DNA of 64,000 nucleotides from an uncultured Candidatus Saccharibacteria bacterium (GTDB lineage Bacteria > Patescibacteriota > Saccharimonadia > Saccharimonadales > EFPC-124). Below, one piece after another: positions 36,801 to 45,297 of the stretch; the first letter of the stretch is position 1; every line of letters begins with the position of its first letter. The notes below the pieces were generated by a model, which saw nothing but the letters and a program-made list of their open reading frames with translations, was not told where the DNA came from and searched no databases. Both the position numbers and the translations under genes were made by a program. Location of the stretch: NCBI GenBank assembly GCA_964550035.1, contig CAZJVU010000002.1:19653-83652 (forward strand), in the 5' to 3' direction.

Positions 36801-36964
36801 GCGCCGACAATGTCCGCAAACTAGACGTCGAAGGTACCGGCCTGGGTCTCTATATCATCAAGGAAGTCGCCGAGAAGCTTGGGGGCACCGTGTGGTTCGA
36901 ATCGATCGAAGGCAAGGGGACAACGTTCTCTGTACTGATACCTTTTAAGACGCATGCATCATAG
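33842..36964 (+). CDS. large sensor histidine kinase (N-terminal cytoplasmic domain, multi-TM, CHASE-like extracytoplasmic domain, PAS, HisKA, HATPase_c)
   Basis: H-box SHQLRTP and G-box NAIKYT...GTGLGLYI. A stretch of more than 8 TM helices. Periplasmic segment has a CHASE-like pattern. Confidence 0.85.
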   Translation: MGKRVGETPAQNSVTVDDKDIIVIVIRGKQDAESVRLLALDLNQKIRGLESQNKKINMYCDVRGLKLNDLTSSARIESKKLMNLPVHRGAIVGQGAIISIVAYLLRFSAHGTRRFFTSSDAAYRWLHDKERTAQSRPVSSLIIGATILLIGITGLLGWCLGNDYLTRWIPTLRPINPVAAVGLLAAGTGFVFYYFNKLLWLKIAGVFGVLLGVAALSPLDIDHILFASQVQGAHTELSDSAAWCFIALGLSPFTVGTKRVWVRLLQYALAGMILGLSLVNIFGQLYAHDALYAFSPTFVMAFNLALAFLLVGLNLILIILYRQMGSVLVRISRLGWLIVFALIGIQLLTYGAWAQAQNRNTGDSSRIFMERAKLIYETLDQRHQTYIDALYGFRGLFAASQSVEQGEFQSYYDSLNLAQTYPGLRALSFVSKVSDKDLDSFAKLQQNDRSLHKEGNPKFAITSKTSLPEHYIVTFVANSATIGGSDLGASPDRLAAFRKAEATNQPVASGTLEFAASATAPAQKGFFVTIPVSTKGNTRTAGFVNAVFSYDQFFTRALQSGDWTRLTLSVRDLQDGTTIYSKKDAPDNAPRKFSDNITVADRTWHLEVSAAQDFGISQSQIEFPKLVLAGGQLFSLLMIGVFVLQNRSRQQALDLADRITEDLHRERNMAVANDRKSNAILESIGDAVFAIDTHKRITLFNPAAVQVSGHSQDEALGKPYTDILTFVFEKDKKPNTHFVEYALKGHVTSMKNHTLLIHKDGREVAVADSAAPIRNAQGHTIGVIVVFRDVSKEQALDKAKTEFVSLASHQLRTPLSAINWFSEMLLNGDAGKVNKDQHEYLQEIYDGNQRMIELVDSLLNVSRLEVGKLKNDPQPTSMQGITDSLMKELQTSIASKQMIVSLKVPPSLPTVFADPKLLRMVVQNLMTNAIKYTDPKGRVALTMREATAEDIRAGKLHPGRYMYLSVADNGYGIPKSQQDKIFQKLFRADNVRKLDVEGTGLGLYIIKEVAEKLGGTVWFESIEGKGTTFSVLIPFKTHAS

Positions 36965-37009
36965 GAATCATAGTATAATGAATGCAAATCAAATCGGAGA
37001 AAGCCGCCC

Positions 37010-37375
37010 ATGAGCACGAACCAGAAACGCGTCCTGATTGTCGAAGACGAAAAACCACTCGCACATGCCCTCGAACTGAAGCTTGGCCACGAAGGATTCG
37101 AAGCTGTCATTGCGCCAAACGGCGAGGAGTGTCTGAAGAAGCTCGACGAAAGCCACTTTGATGTCGTCCTCCTGGACATGATGATGCCCGTAATGGATGG
37201 ATTCCAGGTGCTGGAAGAAATCAACAAACGAGAGAACAAGCCAGTTGTGTTTGCACTCAGTAACCTGAGCTTGCATGATGACCAAGAGCGCGTGATTGGC
37301 ATGGGCGCGCGCAAGTATTTCATCAAGTCAGACACGCCGCTTTCGGTCATAGTAGACGAAGTAAAGAACGCATAG
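37010..37375 (+). CDS. single-domain response regulator (CheY-like receiver)
   Basis: RVLIVEDE...DVVLLDMMMP...K. Acid pocket and phospho-acceptor Asp present. No output domain. Confidence 0.9.
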   Translation: MSTNQKRVLIVEDEKPLAHALELKLGHEGFEAVIAPNGEECLKKLDESHFDVVLLDMMMPVMDGFQVLEEINKRENKPVVFALSNLSLHDDQERVIGMGARKYFIKSDTPLSVIVDEVKNA

Positions 37376-37392
37376 CAAACTAACAGTTCGGG

Positions 37393-39042
37393 GTGGGAAT
37401 GTATCCGAGTATCGACAAAATCAAGGCGCTTTTGCTCAAGGAGAACTACATCTCCGAAAAAGACAGTGCCGCTGCCGAGAAAGTCGCGCACAGTAGCGAG
37501 GAATACATTGAGTTTCTCATTCGCCAAGAGCTGCTGACGTACCCGCTGCTCGGGCAGGCCATTGCCGAAGGCTACAAGTTGCCATTTGCCGACTTCAGTA
37601 GTCGCCCCACTCAAAAAGAACTTGTTACGAGCGTTCCACAGGAAGCCGCCGAGAAAATGCGCTTGGTTGTCACGCAGCGCGACGAAGAAAGCGTCACGGT
37701 CGCCACCGATACGCCCGAAAAAATCGACCCGCCAACCATCAAGGCACTCTTTCCTGGCCTCAAAGTTCGCCTGAGTTATACGCTGCCGTCTTCGGTAACG
37801 TCATCGTTCGAGCTGTTTGCACAACCACTTGCCACGCGCTTTTCGAAAATCATCAAAGATAGCAACCGCGTTGCGCCGGAGATAGTCGACGAAATCATCA
37901 AAGACGCGCTAAACTACCGCGCTTCGGACATTCACTTTGAACCACGCGAGCAGTCCGTGGAAGTGCGCTTCCGCGTGGACGGCGCACTTCGCGAAGCCGG
38001 TGAAATTCCCAAAGAATACTACGACAACGTCCTCAACCGCATCAAAATCGAGAGCGGTATGCGCATCGACGAGCACAACTCTGCACAGGACGGCGCCATG
38101 AAGCGCGAAGGCGAAGGACAAGGGGCTGATCTTCGCGTATCGCTCGTCCCAACTGTAGAGGGTGAGAAGGTCGTGATGCGCGTCCTGGGCTCGTACGTGC
38201 AAGGCTTTACCTTTGCCGATATTGGGCTCGACGACGAACACCGAGAAATTATCGAACGCAGCATGCACAAACCATTTGGTATGATTCTGACCGTCGGCCC
38301 AACCGGCTCAGGTAAAACAACCACGCTCTATTCGCTACTCAAGACGCTCAACAAGCCAGACGTCAACATCACGACCATCGAAGATCCGGTTGAGTACAAG
38401 ATGGCTGGCACCAACCAAATCCAAGTCAACGAAGCCGGCAACATGACATTCGCCAAGGGCCTTCGCGCCATTGTCCGCCAAGATCCCAACATCATTTTGG
38501 TCGGAGAAATTCGCGACCAAGAAACAGCCGAGATCAGCGTCAATGCCGCGCTAACAGGTCACTTGCTACTCAGCACATTTCACGCCAACGATGCCGCAAC
38601 CGCGATGCCGCGGCTTGTCGATATGGGCATCGAGCCGTTTCTACTGGCTTCGACACTGGAGATTATCATCGCACAGCGGCTGGTGCGCAAAATCTGCAAC
38701 GCCTGCCGCTACAGTATTTCGGCGCATGACGCATTAGCAAATCTTCCACACAAAACCGACCTCTCCAAATACTTCAAACCTTCTGATAACCTCTACGCCG
38801 GCAAAGGCTGCGCTGTGTGTAACGGCACCGGCTACAACGGCCGCTCGGCGCTCTACGAAATCATCGAAGTCACCGCCGAGATGCAAAGCCTCATGCTCAA
38901 TTCGCCATCCACCCAAGAGATCGAAGCATTGGCACGCAAGCAGGGTAACAAATCGATGTTCGAGGACGGCATAGATAAAGTAAAACAAGGCACGACCACC
39001 ATCGAAGAAGTACTGCGCGTCGTCTCGCCACCAGGAGCATAA
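37393..39042 (+). CDS. pilB: type IV pilus assembly ATPase PilB (GspE family)
   Basis: Walker A GPTGSGKTTT. Asp and His boxes. Tetracysteine CxxC...CxxC. Confidence 0.9.
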   Translation: MGMYPSIDKIKALLLKENYISEKDSAAAEKVAHSSEEYIEFLIRQELLTYPLLGQAIAEGYKLPFADFSSRPTQKELVTSVPQEAAEKMRLVVTQRDEESVTVATDTPEKIDPPTIKALFPGLKVRLSYTLPSSVTSSFELFAQPLATRFSKIIKDSNRVAPEIVDEIIKDALNYRASDIHFEPREQSVEVRFRVDGALREAGEIPKEYYDNVLNRIKIESGMRIDEHNSAQDGAMKREGEGQGADLRVSLVPTVEGEKVVMRVLGSYVQGFTFADIGLDDEHREIIERSMHKPFGMILTVGPTGSGKTTTLYSLLKTLNKPDVNITTIEDPVEYKMAGTNQIQVNEAGNMTFAKGLRAIVRQDPNIILVGEIRDQETAEISVNAALTGHLLLSTFHANDAATAMPRLVDMGIEPFLLASTLEIIIAQRLVRKICNACRYSISAHDALANLPHKTDLSKYFKPSDNLYAGKGCAVCNGTGYNGRSALYEIIEVTAEMQSLMLNSPSTQEIEALARKQGNKSMFEDGIDKVKQGTTTIEEVLRVVSPPGA

Positions 39043-39043
39043 C

Positions 39044-40135
39044 ATGGACGCCAAGCCTCATGCGCCAGCCAAGCGAACCAAGCTCCACATCGCATTCAAA
39101 GAACGTGAATATTTCACCGAAAATCTCGCGCTCCTGATCAAATCCGGTGTGCCCGTCGGCCAAGCCCTCGAGTCGCTCGCCGTCTCGGCCAAATCACGCA
39201 CTACCAAGAAGGCACTCGCCCGCATGCAGACCGACATCGAGGCTGGCTATTCACTGGCAAACAGCCTAGACCGCTCGGGCATTGTTGGCTCGCAGACGTT
39301 GGCGCTCATTCGGCTGGGAGAAGAGTCGGGGCACCTCATTCAAAATCTCCAGCTCGCCGCGCAGCAAGAAGAAAAGCGCCATACATTCCGCTCGAAGGTT
39401 CGCTCGGCGCTTATTTACCCGGCGTTCGTCATGAGCCTGACGCTCGTCGTTGGACTGGGCGTGGCATGGTTTTTACTTCCCAAGCTCGCTCAGACATTTA
39501 GCCAGTTGCACGCGTCGCTGCCGGCAATTTCACAGTATCTTATTGCGTTCGGGCTTTTCCTGCAGCAGTACGGTGCCGTTGCCGTGCCGGGTGCTCTCGC
39601 CGTGCTTGCGCTGATTGGCTATGTCGTTTTTGCGGCGCCAGGTACAAAATTTATTGGCCAGAAACTCCTCTTTGCGCTGCCGGGCGTCGGGCGACTGATG
39701 CACGAAGTGGAGATCGCGCAGTTTGGCTATTTACTCAGCACGCTTCTTGAGGCAGGATTGCCGATCGTACGATCTATCGAGCTCCTGGCGCACGCAACAA
39801 CCGCTCGACCGTATCAGAAGTTTTATGACTATCTGGCGCATTCACTGAGCGACGGCTACAGCATCGAGCACAGCCTGAAGTCATACAAGCACAGCGCCAA
39901 GCTAATCCCACCAGCCGTCCAGCAGATGATCATATCCGGTGAACGCTCCGGCTCGCTCAGTGATGTCCTCAAAACCATCGGCCGCACGTACGAGCAAAAA
40001 GCCGATCTCACCACGCAAAACCTCGAGGCCATCATCGAACCAATCATGCTCGTCATCGTTTGGCTTGGCGTCATGGCGGTCGCAGTAGCGGTTATCATCC
40101 CGATTTACAGTCTTGTGGGAGGGCTCAGTCAATGA
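39044..40135 (+). CDS. pilC: type IV pilus inner-membrane platform protein PilC (GspF family)
   Basis: Two GspF repeats and three TM helices. Immediately follows pilB. Confidence 0.9.
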   Translation: MDAKPHAPAKRTKLHIAFKEREYFTENLALLIKSGVPVGQALESLAVSAKSRTTKKALARMQTDIEAGYSLANSLDRSGIVGSQTLALIRLGEESGHLIQNLQLAAQQEEKRHTFRSKVRSALIYPAFVMSLTLVVGLGVAWFLLPKLAQTFSQLHASLPAISQYLIAFGLFLQQYGAVAVPGALAVLALIGYVVFAAPGTKFIGQKLLFALPGVGRLMHEVEIAQFGYLLSTLLEAGLPIVRSIELLAHATTARPYQKFYDYLAHSLSDGYSIEHSLKSYKHSAKLIPPAVQQMIISGERSGSLSDVLKTIGRTYEQKADLTTQNLEAIIEPIMLVIVWLGVMAVAVAVIIPIYSLVGGLSQ

Positions 40136-40569
40136 TGCGCCAGGGTGGGTTTACGTTGCTTGAGCTACTCCTGTCGGTCACGATTATTGGCCTCATAACC
40201 GCGTTGTCATTGCCGGTGTACGAAACATTTGCCAGGCGCAATGATCTCGACCTGACCGCGCAAAATGTGACAGCAGCTATTCGTCGAGCCCAAACCTATG
40301 CGCGCGGGCAGAACTATGACAGCACCTGGGGCATCAAATTCCAAGCAGACAACGCCACGCTCTACCGCGGCACGTCATATGCCAGCCGAACAGCTGGCTT
40401 CGACGAAATTGTCGACATTCCTGATTCCATCACCGCAAGCGGCCTCGACGACATTCAGTTTGCCAAAATGACTGGCGCCCCATCGTCCACCGGCACGCTC
40501 ACCCTCAGCAGCACTACTAACGACACGAGGGCAATCACGCTCAATGCCAAAGGGATGGTCAGCTACTAA
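40132..40569 (+). CDS. prepilin-type pseudopilin / minor pilin
   Basis: MMRQGGFTLLELLLSVTIIGLI is a class III signal peptide with G|FTLxE. ATGA overlap with pilC. Confidence 0.8.
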   Translation: MMRQGGFTLLELLLSVTIIGLITALSLPVYETFARRNDLDLTAQNVTAAIRRAQTYARGQNYDSTWGIKFQADNATLYRGTSYASRTAGFDEIVDIPDSITASGLDDIQFAKMTGAPSSTGTLTLSSTTNDTRAITLNAKGMVSY

Positions 40570-41950
40570 TCGCCAAGGTGGGTTCTCTGTCGTCGAAGTC
40601 CTGCTGGCTGCGACGGTCTTTGCCATGCTCGTCACTGCAATCATCGGCGCGCTCGTGTACGGGCGTAACTCGACGGCGGGTAGCGGCGATCGTACGCGCG
40701 CCAACCTCGTGGCCGACGAAGGCGTCGAAGCTGTACGCAATATCCGCGACGCTGGCTATAGCAACCTCGCCGACGGAACCTACGGACTCGTCCAGAGCGG
40801 CAACGCATGGACGCTTTCTGGCAGCTCTGATACGAATGATATATTTACGCGCTCGGTTACTATCGCCAGCGGCGGCACTAACCGCAAGACCGTCACCAGC
40901 AACGTCTCGTGGTCCGGCGCACAGGGGAGCGGGCAGACAAGTACCGTGAGTGAATTGACTAATTGGATGGCAACATTGCCGAAATATTGGTCAGCCGCAA
41001 GCCAATACGGTGGCGTCGATGTAACCGGAACGATTGCGGGATGGAAAGTAGCAACTTCCGGATCTTACGCCTATATGGTGCGCAAGAGCGCGACCGGTCC
41101 CAACTTCATTGTCATCAATATTAGTACGCCGACCGCACCGACCGTCGTCGGCACGCTCACACTCACCGGGACGCCGACAAACATCGCCGTAAGCGGAAAC
41201 TACGCGTACGTCAGCAATAGCTCTACCTCGGGTGAATTACAAATTGTGAACGTCACCACGCCAGCTGCACCGGCGCTGAGCGGCACCTACAATGCATCGG
41301 GCCTCGCGGGAGGCGGTCTCGGCGTCTACGCAGTTGGCACAACCGCCTATCTCGTGCGTGCTGCAAACAGCGGTACTGACGAGTTTGTCATCGTTAACGC
41401 AGCCACACCAAGCAGCCCAACACGTGTCGGTGGCTATGGCCTAAACGTTGCAATGAATGAAGTCTACGTAACTGGCACCGTCGCATATGTCGCCACCGGC
41501 TCGGATACACAAGAGCTTCTCCCTATTAACATAGCTACGCCCTCAGCGCCGACAGCAGGAACGGCCATAAACTTAACGGGCACGACCGACGCCACGACCA
41601 TCACCGGTTACGGGACGCGACTTTTCGTGGGGCAGGGGACGGCACTCAGCTCGGTGAGCATCAGCAGCCCATTAGCGCCGACGCTGAGCGGTAGCCTCAC
41701 TCTTCCGGCTGTCATCAACGACCTTACTGCAGATAGCGCGCACAACTATATCGATGCCAGCATAAGCAGCACAACCGCGGAATTCCAAGTAATTAACGTT
41801 ACAGCTCCGGCCACGCCCACCGTACTCAAAACAGTTGACACGACAGGCGCATTTAACCTGACCGGTGTTGCTTACAATGCCACCTACGATATCGTCGTTG
41901 GGACCGGCACCAATACTGCGCAAGAAATACAAATACTGGGTCCGAACTGA
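40544..41950 (+). CDS. large prepilin-type protein with six LVIVD-like beta-propeller repeats (candidate pilus tip or adhesin subunit)
   Basis: N-terminal QGGFSVVEVLLAATVFAML prepilin motif. Six ~40 aa repeats of the form (F/L)xIVN(I/V)(S/T)TPxAPT...G...Y(V/A). Confidence 0.7.
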   Translation: MPKGWSATNRQGGFSVVEVLLAATVFAMLVTAIIGALVYGRNSTAGSGDRTRANLVADEGVEAVRNIRDAGYSNLADGTYGLVQSGNAWTLSGSSDTNDIFTRSVTIASGGTNRKTVTSNVSWSGAQGSGQTSTVSELTNWMATLPKYWSAASQYGGVDVTGTIAGWKVATSGSYAYMVRKSATGPNFIVINISTPTAPTVVGTLTLTGTPTNIAVSGNYAYVSNSSTSGELQIVNVTTPAAPALSGTYNASGLAGGGLGVYAVGTTAYLVRAANSGTDEFVIVNAATPSSPTRVGGYGLNVAMNEVYVTGTVAYVATGSDTQELLPINIATPSAPTAGTAINLTGTTDATTITGYGTRLFVGQGTALSSVSISSPLAPTLSGSLTLPAVINDLTADSAHNYIDASISSTTAEFQVINVTAPATPTVLKTVDTTGAFNLTGVAYNATYDIVVGTGTNTAQEIQILGPN

Positions 41951-42456
41951 TGACAAAACGCACCCACGGCTACACACTCATCGAGCTCCTGCTGTACATA
42001 TCTATGATCGGCATTTTGCTCAGCGCAGTTACGGTGTTCTTCGCGACCACCGCGGACGCGCGTATCAAGAATCAAACCATCAGCGAAGTAAATGACCAAG
42101 GCGCATATGTGATGGACTACATAGCGCAAACAATTCGAAACGCGACAGACATCACCGCTCCGACCATTGGCACAAGCAGCGCTAGCCTGACGCTCACCGT
42201 TCCGACCGGTAGCCTCAGTCCAACCATCTTCAGCCTGAACGGCACAACGCTGCAGGTCAAAGAGGGTACCGCTACGGCGGTAAGCCTTACGAGCAGCAAG
42301 GTTCAAGTCACTGCGTTTACCATCAAAAACCTCAGTCGCAGCAGCACGAACGGCTTAGTCCAAGTTAGCTTCGCGCTTGCGCGCATCAACAGCGGTGGAC
42401 GCAACGAGTACGACTATCAGCGAACCTTTACGACATCGGTGGCACTTAGGCAATGA
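41950..42456 (+). CDS. prepilin-type pseudopilin / minor pilin
   Basis: MTKRTHGYTLIELLLYISMIGIL. TGATG overlap with the upstream gene. Confidence 0.8.
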   Translation: MTKRTHGYTLIELLLYISMIGILLSAVTVFFATTADARIKNQTISEVNDQGAYVMDYIAQTIRNATDITAPTIGTSSASLTLTVPTGSLSPTIFSLNGTTLQVKEGTATAVSLTSSKVQVTAFTIKNLSRSSTNGLVQVSFALARINSGGRNEYDYQRTFTTSVALRQ

Positions 42457-42854
42457 CACAACAAGGCGCAACCAACCAGCACGGCTACATCGCACTCCTT
42501 ACGGTGCTTATTGTGGGCGCGGCAGCAACCGCCATCGCGATGACGCTGCTATTGACTGGCGTCGACTCCCAACGTGCCGGTCTCATCCAGCAGCAGTCGA
42601 CCCAAGCGCGCCAGCTCGCCAACGCGTGCGCCGAAGAAGCACTGCAGACCATCCACGACACAACCAGCTACACGGGCACCGGTACACTCACGCTCGGCGC
42701 GGGCGGCTGCACGTACACTGTCACTAGTACCGGCGCAAGCACGCGTACCATTTCTACCTCGGCAACGATAAATAATGTGGTGAGAAGGACCACAGTGTAT
42801 GTTACAATTGGCGCATCAAACATTAGCATTACCTCATGGCAAGAAGTAAGCTAA
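42453..42854 (+). CDS. pseudopilin-like protein (PilX/GspK-like N-terminus)
   Basis: QHGYIALLTVLIVGAAATAIA hydrophobic N-terminus. ATGA overlap. Confidence 0.6.
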   Translation: MTQQGATNQHGYIALLTVLIVGAAATAIAMTLLLTGVDSQRAGLIQQQSTQARQLANACAEEALQTIHDTTSYTGTGTLTLGAGGCTYTVTSTGASTRTISTSATINNVVRRTTVYVTIGASNISITSWQEVS

Positions 42855-42890
42855 TGTTCAAATAAGCATATATAAGAAAGGGTGTGGAAT

Positions 42891-43358
42891 ATGCTCAAGC
42901 TCAAACAACTGACCAAACGTGAAAGTGGCTTTACGCTGCTGGAAGTCCTGCTTGTGGTTGCGATCATCGCGATCCTGGCAGGTATTGTGATTATCGCGAT
43001 CAATCCTGGTAAAAACCTGGGCGATACGCGTAACTCGCAGCGACAGGCCGACGTCACGACAATTCTCAATGGCGTGTACCAATACTCGCTAGACAACAAC
43101 GGCTCGTTGCCATCAGGTATCACGACAACTGCAACCGAAGGCTGCGCGACTGGTGCATCATCTTGCACGGGACTTGTCGACCTGACGGCACTGACAACAA
43201 GCGGTAAGTACCTTGTCTCAATACCAAAGGACCCGCAGTGCCCAAGTGGTTGTAACGCAAATGGTATTGGCTACAAGATCTCCAAAGACGCTAACGGACG
43301 AATCACCGTGACAGCTCCTGGCGCAGAGCAGGGTAAGACGATCACCGTAACTCGATAA
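42891..43358 (+). CDS. major type IV pilin (PilA-like)
   Basis: MLKLKQLTKRESGFTLLEVLLVVAIIAILAGIV canonical prepilin leader and N-terminal helix. C-terminal Cys pairs. Confidence 0.75.
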   Translation: MLKLKQLTKRESGFTLLEVLLVVAIIAILAGIVIIAINPGKNLGDTRNSQRQADVTTILNGVYQYSLDNNGSLPSGITTTATEGCATGASSCTGLVDLTALTTSGKYLVSIPKDPQCPSGCNANGIGYKISKDANGRITVTAPGAEQGKTITVTR

Positions 43359-43363
43359 AAGTA

Positions 43364-43510
43364 ATGGCAAAGAGCGCCCCAAAAGCAAAAGGCAAAGCTG
43401 CGTCTCGCCGACAATCGATGCCAGCTAACGATGCGCGCGTATTCATGGGAGTAGTGATCTTTACAGCTCTCGCGGTTATTTTCGCGGTCGTCGCCTTCAC
43501 AAATTACTAG
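43364..43510 (+). CDS. candidate 48 aa small membrane protein downstream of the pilin gene
   Basis: MAKSAPKAKGKAASRRQSMPANDARVFMGVVIFTALAVIFAVVAFTNY. Basic N-terminus plus one TM. Below the ORF-track size cutoff. Confidence 0.3.
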   Translation: MAKSAPKAKGKAASRRQSMPANDARVFMGVVIFTALAVIFAVVAFTNY

Positions 43511-43528
43511 ACTCGCGTTACTTTTAGC

Positions 43529-43557
43529 AGAAGGCCTCTCACTTAGAGAGGCCTTCT
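43529..43557 (+). terminator. strong hairpin ending the pilus operon
   Basis: 12 bp perfect stem AGAAGGCCTCTC/GAGAGGCCTTCT with a 5 nt loop. Confidence 0.6.
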
Positions 43558-43561
43558 TGGT

Positions 43562-43587
43562 ATCAAAAAATCCCACCGATTGGTGGG
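43562..43587 (-). terminator. rho-independent terminator for the minus-strand gene 43651-44901
   Basis: CCCACC-GATT-GGTGGG hairpin, followed on the minus strand by a TTTTTT run. Confidence 0.55.
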
Positions 43588-43650
43588 TCATGTCATGGAA
43601 GGTTGGGCGGGCAGCGAGTTGCGCTGCCCGCCCAGACCTTCACCCAGTGG

Positions 43651-44901
43651 TCACGAGGGGACGATGATCCCGAGCTCGACGGCCTTCCGGTAGAGGGCCA
43701 CGTCGTCCATCCTGTCGTAGATGTTGTCGCCGACCGTCCCACGCATGACACTGGCGCTGCCGCTGGCATAGCCGGTGCCGGTGATGTGGCCGGTCACGAC
43801 CTCGATCTTGCCGAGGATGATCGCGTTCGTCAGACGAACGTTGCCGGTCACGACGCTCACCTTGCCGAAGACGCCAGGACCCTTGCTGACGTTGCCGCTG
43901 ATCGTCTCCGTCCTGCGTTTGCACACGGCCTCGAGCTGCGCTCGGCACCACTTGGGGTCGAGCGGCTGAACCTCGCTGTCAAAAGGGCGGCGACTCCCGG
44001 AGGGGAGGTTGCCCAACCCCGCGGCAGCCAACTGCTCCCGCGTGGCGTAGCGCACCGTGCCGTTGCCGCGCGCCTTGTCCCGCTTGTATTCCTCGACCAG
44101 GTCGTTGAGGTACGGCGGGAGTTCGGGCCCGAACAGTTCGTGCGTGATGCGCCGGACGTCGGTCTCGTTCGCGACCGTCAGCGCGCCCGTCGTCACCGCG
44201 GCGATCATCGCCTCGTGGACGTCGTCGGACAGCTTGGACCAGTCGTTGCCGTAGCGGTCCGGTCCGACCAGCAGGAGCTGGCTGGCGTCGTTCAGGATGA
44301 ACGGGTACAGCATCAGGCGCTGATCGCGACCGAGCGCCCGCTCCAGCGTGGTCGGCCAGAACTGGCTCTTCCACATGCGCTGGGCCTGGGTGTGCTCGGC
44401 GGCGAGGTGGCGGATGTACGCCAGCGTCTCCGGCACGTTGAGCTCGGGGGTTTCGTCGTTGGTGGGGATGGCCCACTCGCCGGAGCCGTTCAGCTTGCGG
44501 TCCGCGGCGCGGACCGCGCTCTGTTCGCGGATGTAGCCGATGATCTCGTCGGCGTCCTCGGGGTGCTTGATCAGCTCCTCGAAGAGGTCGGCGAGGCCCA
44601 TCTGCTGGCGCGACGTCGGCATGACGACGTTGACCGTCGGCGGCTGTGCCGGTGCGGCGGGTGTCGCGTTCGGCAGACCGATCAGCTCGGCCTCGCGCAT
44701 GAACTCCAGCAGCGTGCCCGCCACCTCGTAGGCGTTGGGCAGGTCGCCGAGCTGTTCCGCGAGAGCGAACTTGGTCTTGCCGATGCTCTCGACGGTCTGG
44801 TCGGTGAGCCTCGCGATGAGGCCCTCGGCCTGGGTGTCGTCCAGCACACCGGCGTTCTTCGCCATGGCGATGACGCGGTCCATCAGGATGGAGTCGGTCA
44901 C
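43651..44901 (-). CDS. hypothetical protein with a C-terminal bactofilin-like beta-helical repeat region (high-GC islet, about 68% GC)
   Basis: AGGAGA then GTG start. C-terminus SGNVSKGPGVFGKVSVVTGNVRLTNAIILGKIEVVTGHITGTG resembles the bactofilin repeat. Two overlapping Arg-rich frames rejected as shadows. Confidence 0.6.
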   Translation of the reverse strand: MTDSILMDRVIAMAKNAGVLDDTQAEGLIARLTDQTVESIGKTKFALAEQLGDLPNAYEVAGTLLEFMREAELIGLPNATPAAPAQPPTVNVVMPTSRQQMGLADLFEELIKHPEDADEIIGYIREQSAVRAADRKLNGSGEWAIPTNDETPELNVPETLAYIRHLAAEHTQAQRMWKSQFWPTTLERALGRDQRLMLYPFILNDASQLLLVGPDRYGNDWSKLSDDVHEAMIAAVTTGALTVANETDVRRITHELFGPELPPYLNDLVEEYKRDKARGNGTVRYATREQLAAAGLGNLPSGSRRPFDSEVQPLDPKWCRAQLEAVCKRRTETISGNVSKGPGVFGKVSVVTGNVRLTNAIILGKIEVVTGHITGTGYASGSASVMRGTVGDNIYDRMDDVALYRKAVELGIIVPS

Positions 44902-45297
44902 GATGTCTCCTAGTGACTCGTCGTTTGGGTGAAAGGTCTAGCTCGTCGCCGCAGTAAATGTAGCATAGCGGCAAACTTGTAGCCTACTTTACCATAAAAA
45001 CAATATAAAATCAATGTTCACTACGACTGCTCAAATGCCACAGTCCACAGTAACGGCATACGTAGGCGCGGAGTTTTACGCCCTTGTAGCGGTAAGCATT
45101 CACCGCAGCAACAGCCTCGGCCTGCTCACGCGTCGAAAACGCGAGCTTGTCGTGACAGGGGAGGACTGTATCTATTTCTGCATCCATGTGCTCAGTATGA
45201 AGGATTCTGGAAATAAATCATTCTGAGGTTGTTACCATAAGCATGCCCATGTATACTGAGAAAGTTTTTGCAATTAAATAACTAACACGCTTAGAAA

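Noticed and set aside
43529-43557. Calling the 12 bp hairpin a classic rho-independent terminator
   Set aside because: There is no T-run on either side. It is kept as a hairpin terminator at reduced confidence. The adjacent smaller hairpin with a T-run serves the minus-strand gene.
43603-44974. Two long Arg-rich ORFs (plus 43603-44913 and minus 43979-44974) overlapping the bactofilin-like gene
   Set aside because: Extreme Arg, Gly and Asp content and no start-site signals. Shadow frames of the 68% GC gene at 43651-44901.
45014-45226. 70 aa ORF in the AT-rich region upstream of the AEC transporter
   Set aside because: No SD. Lies in a probable promoter region. Low-complexity product.
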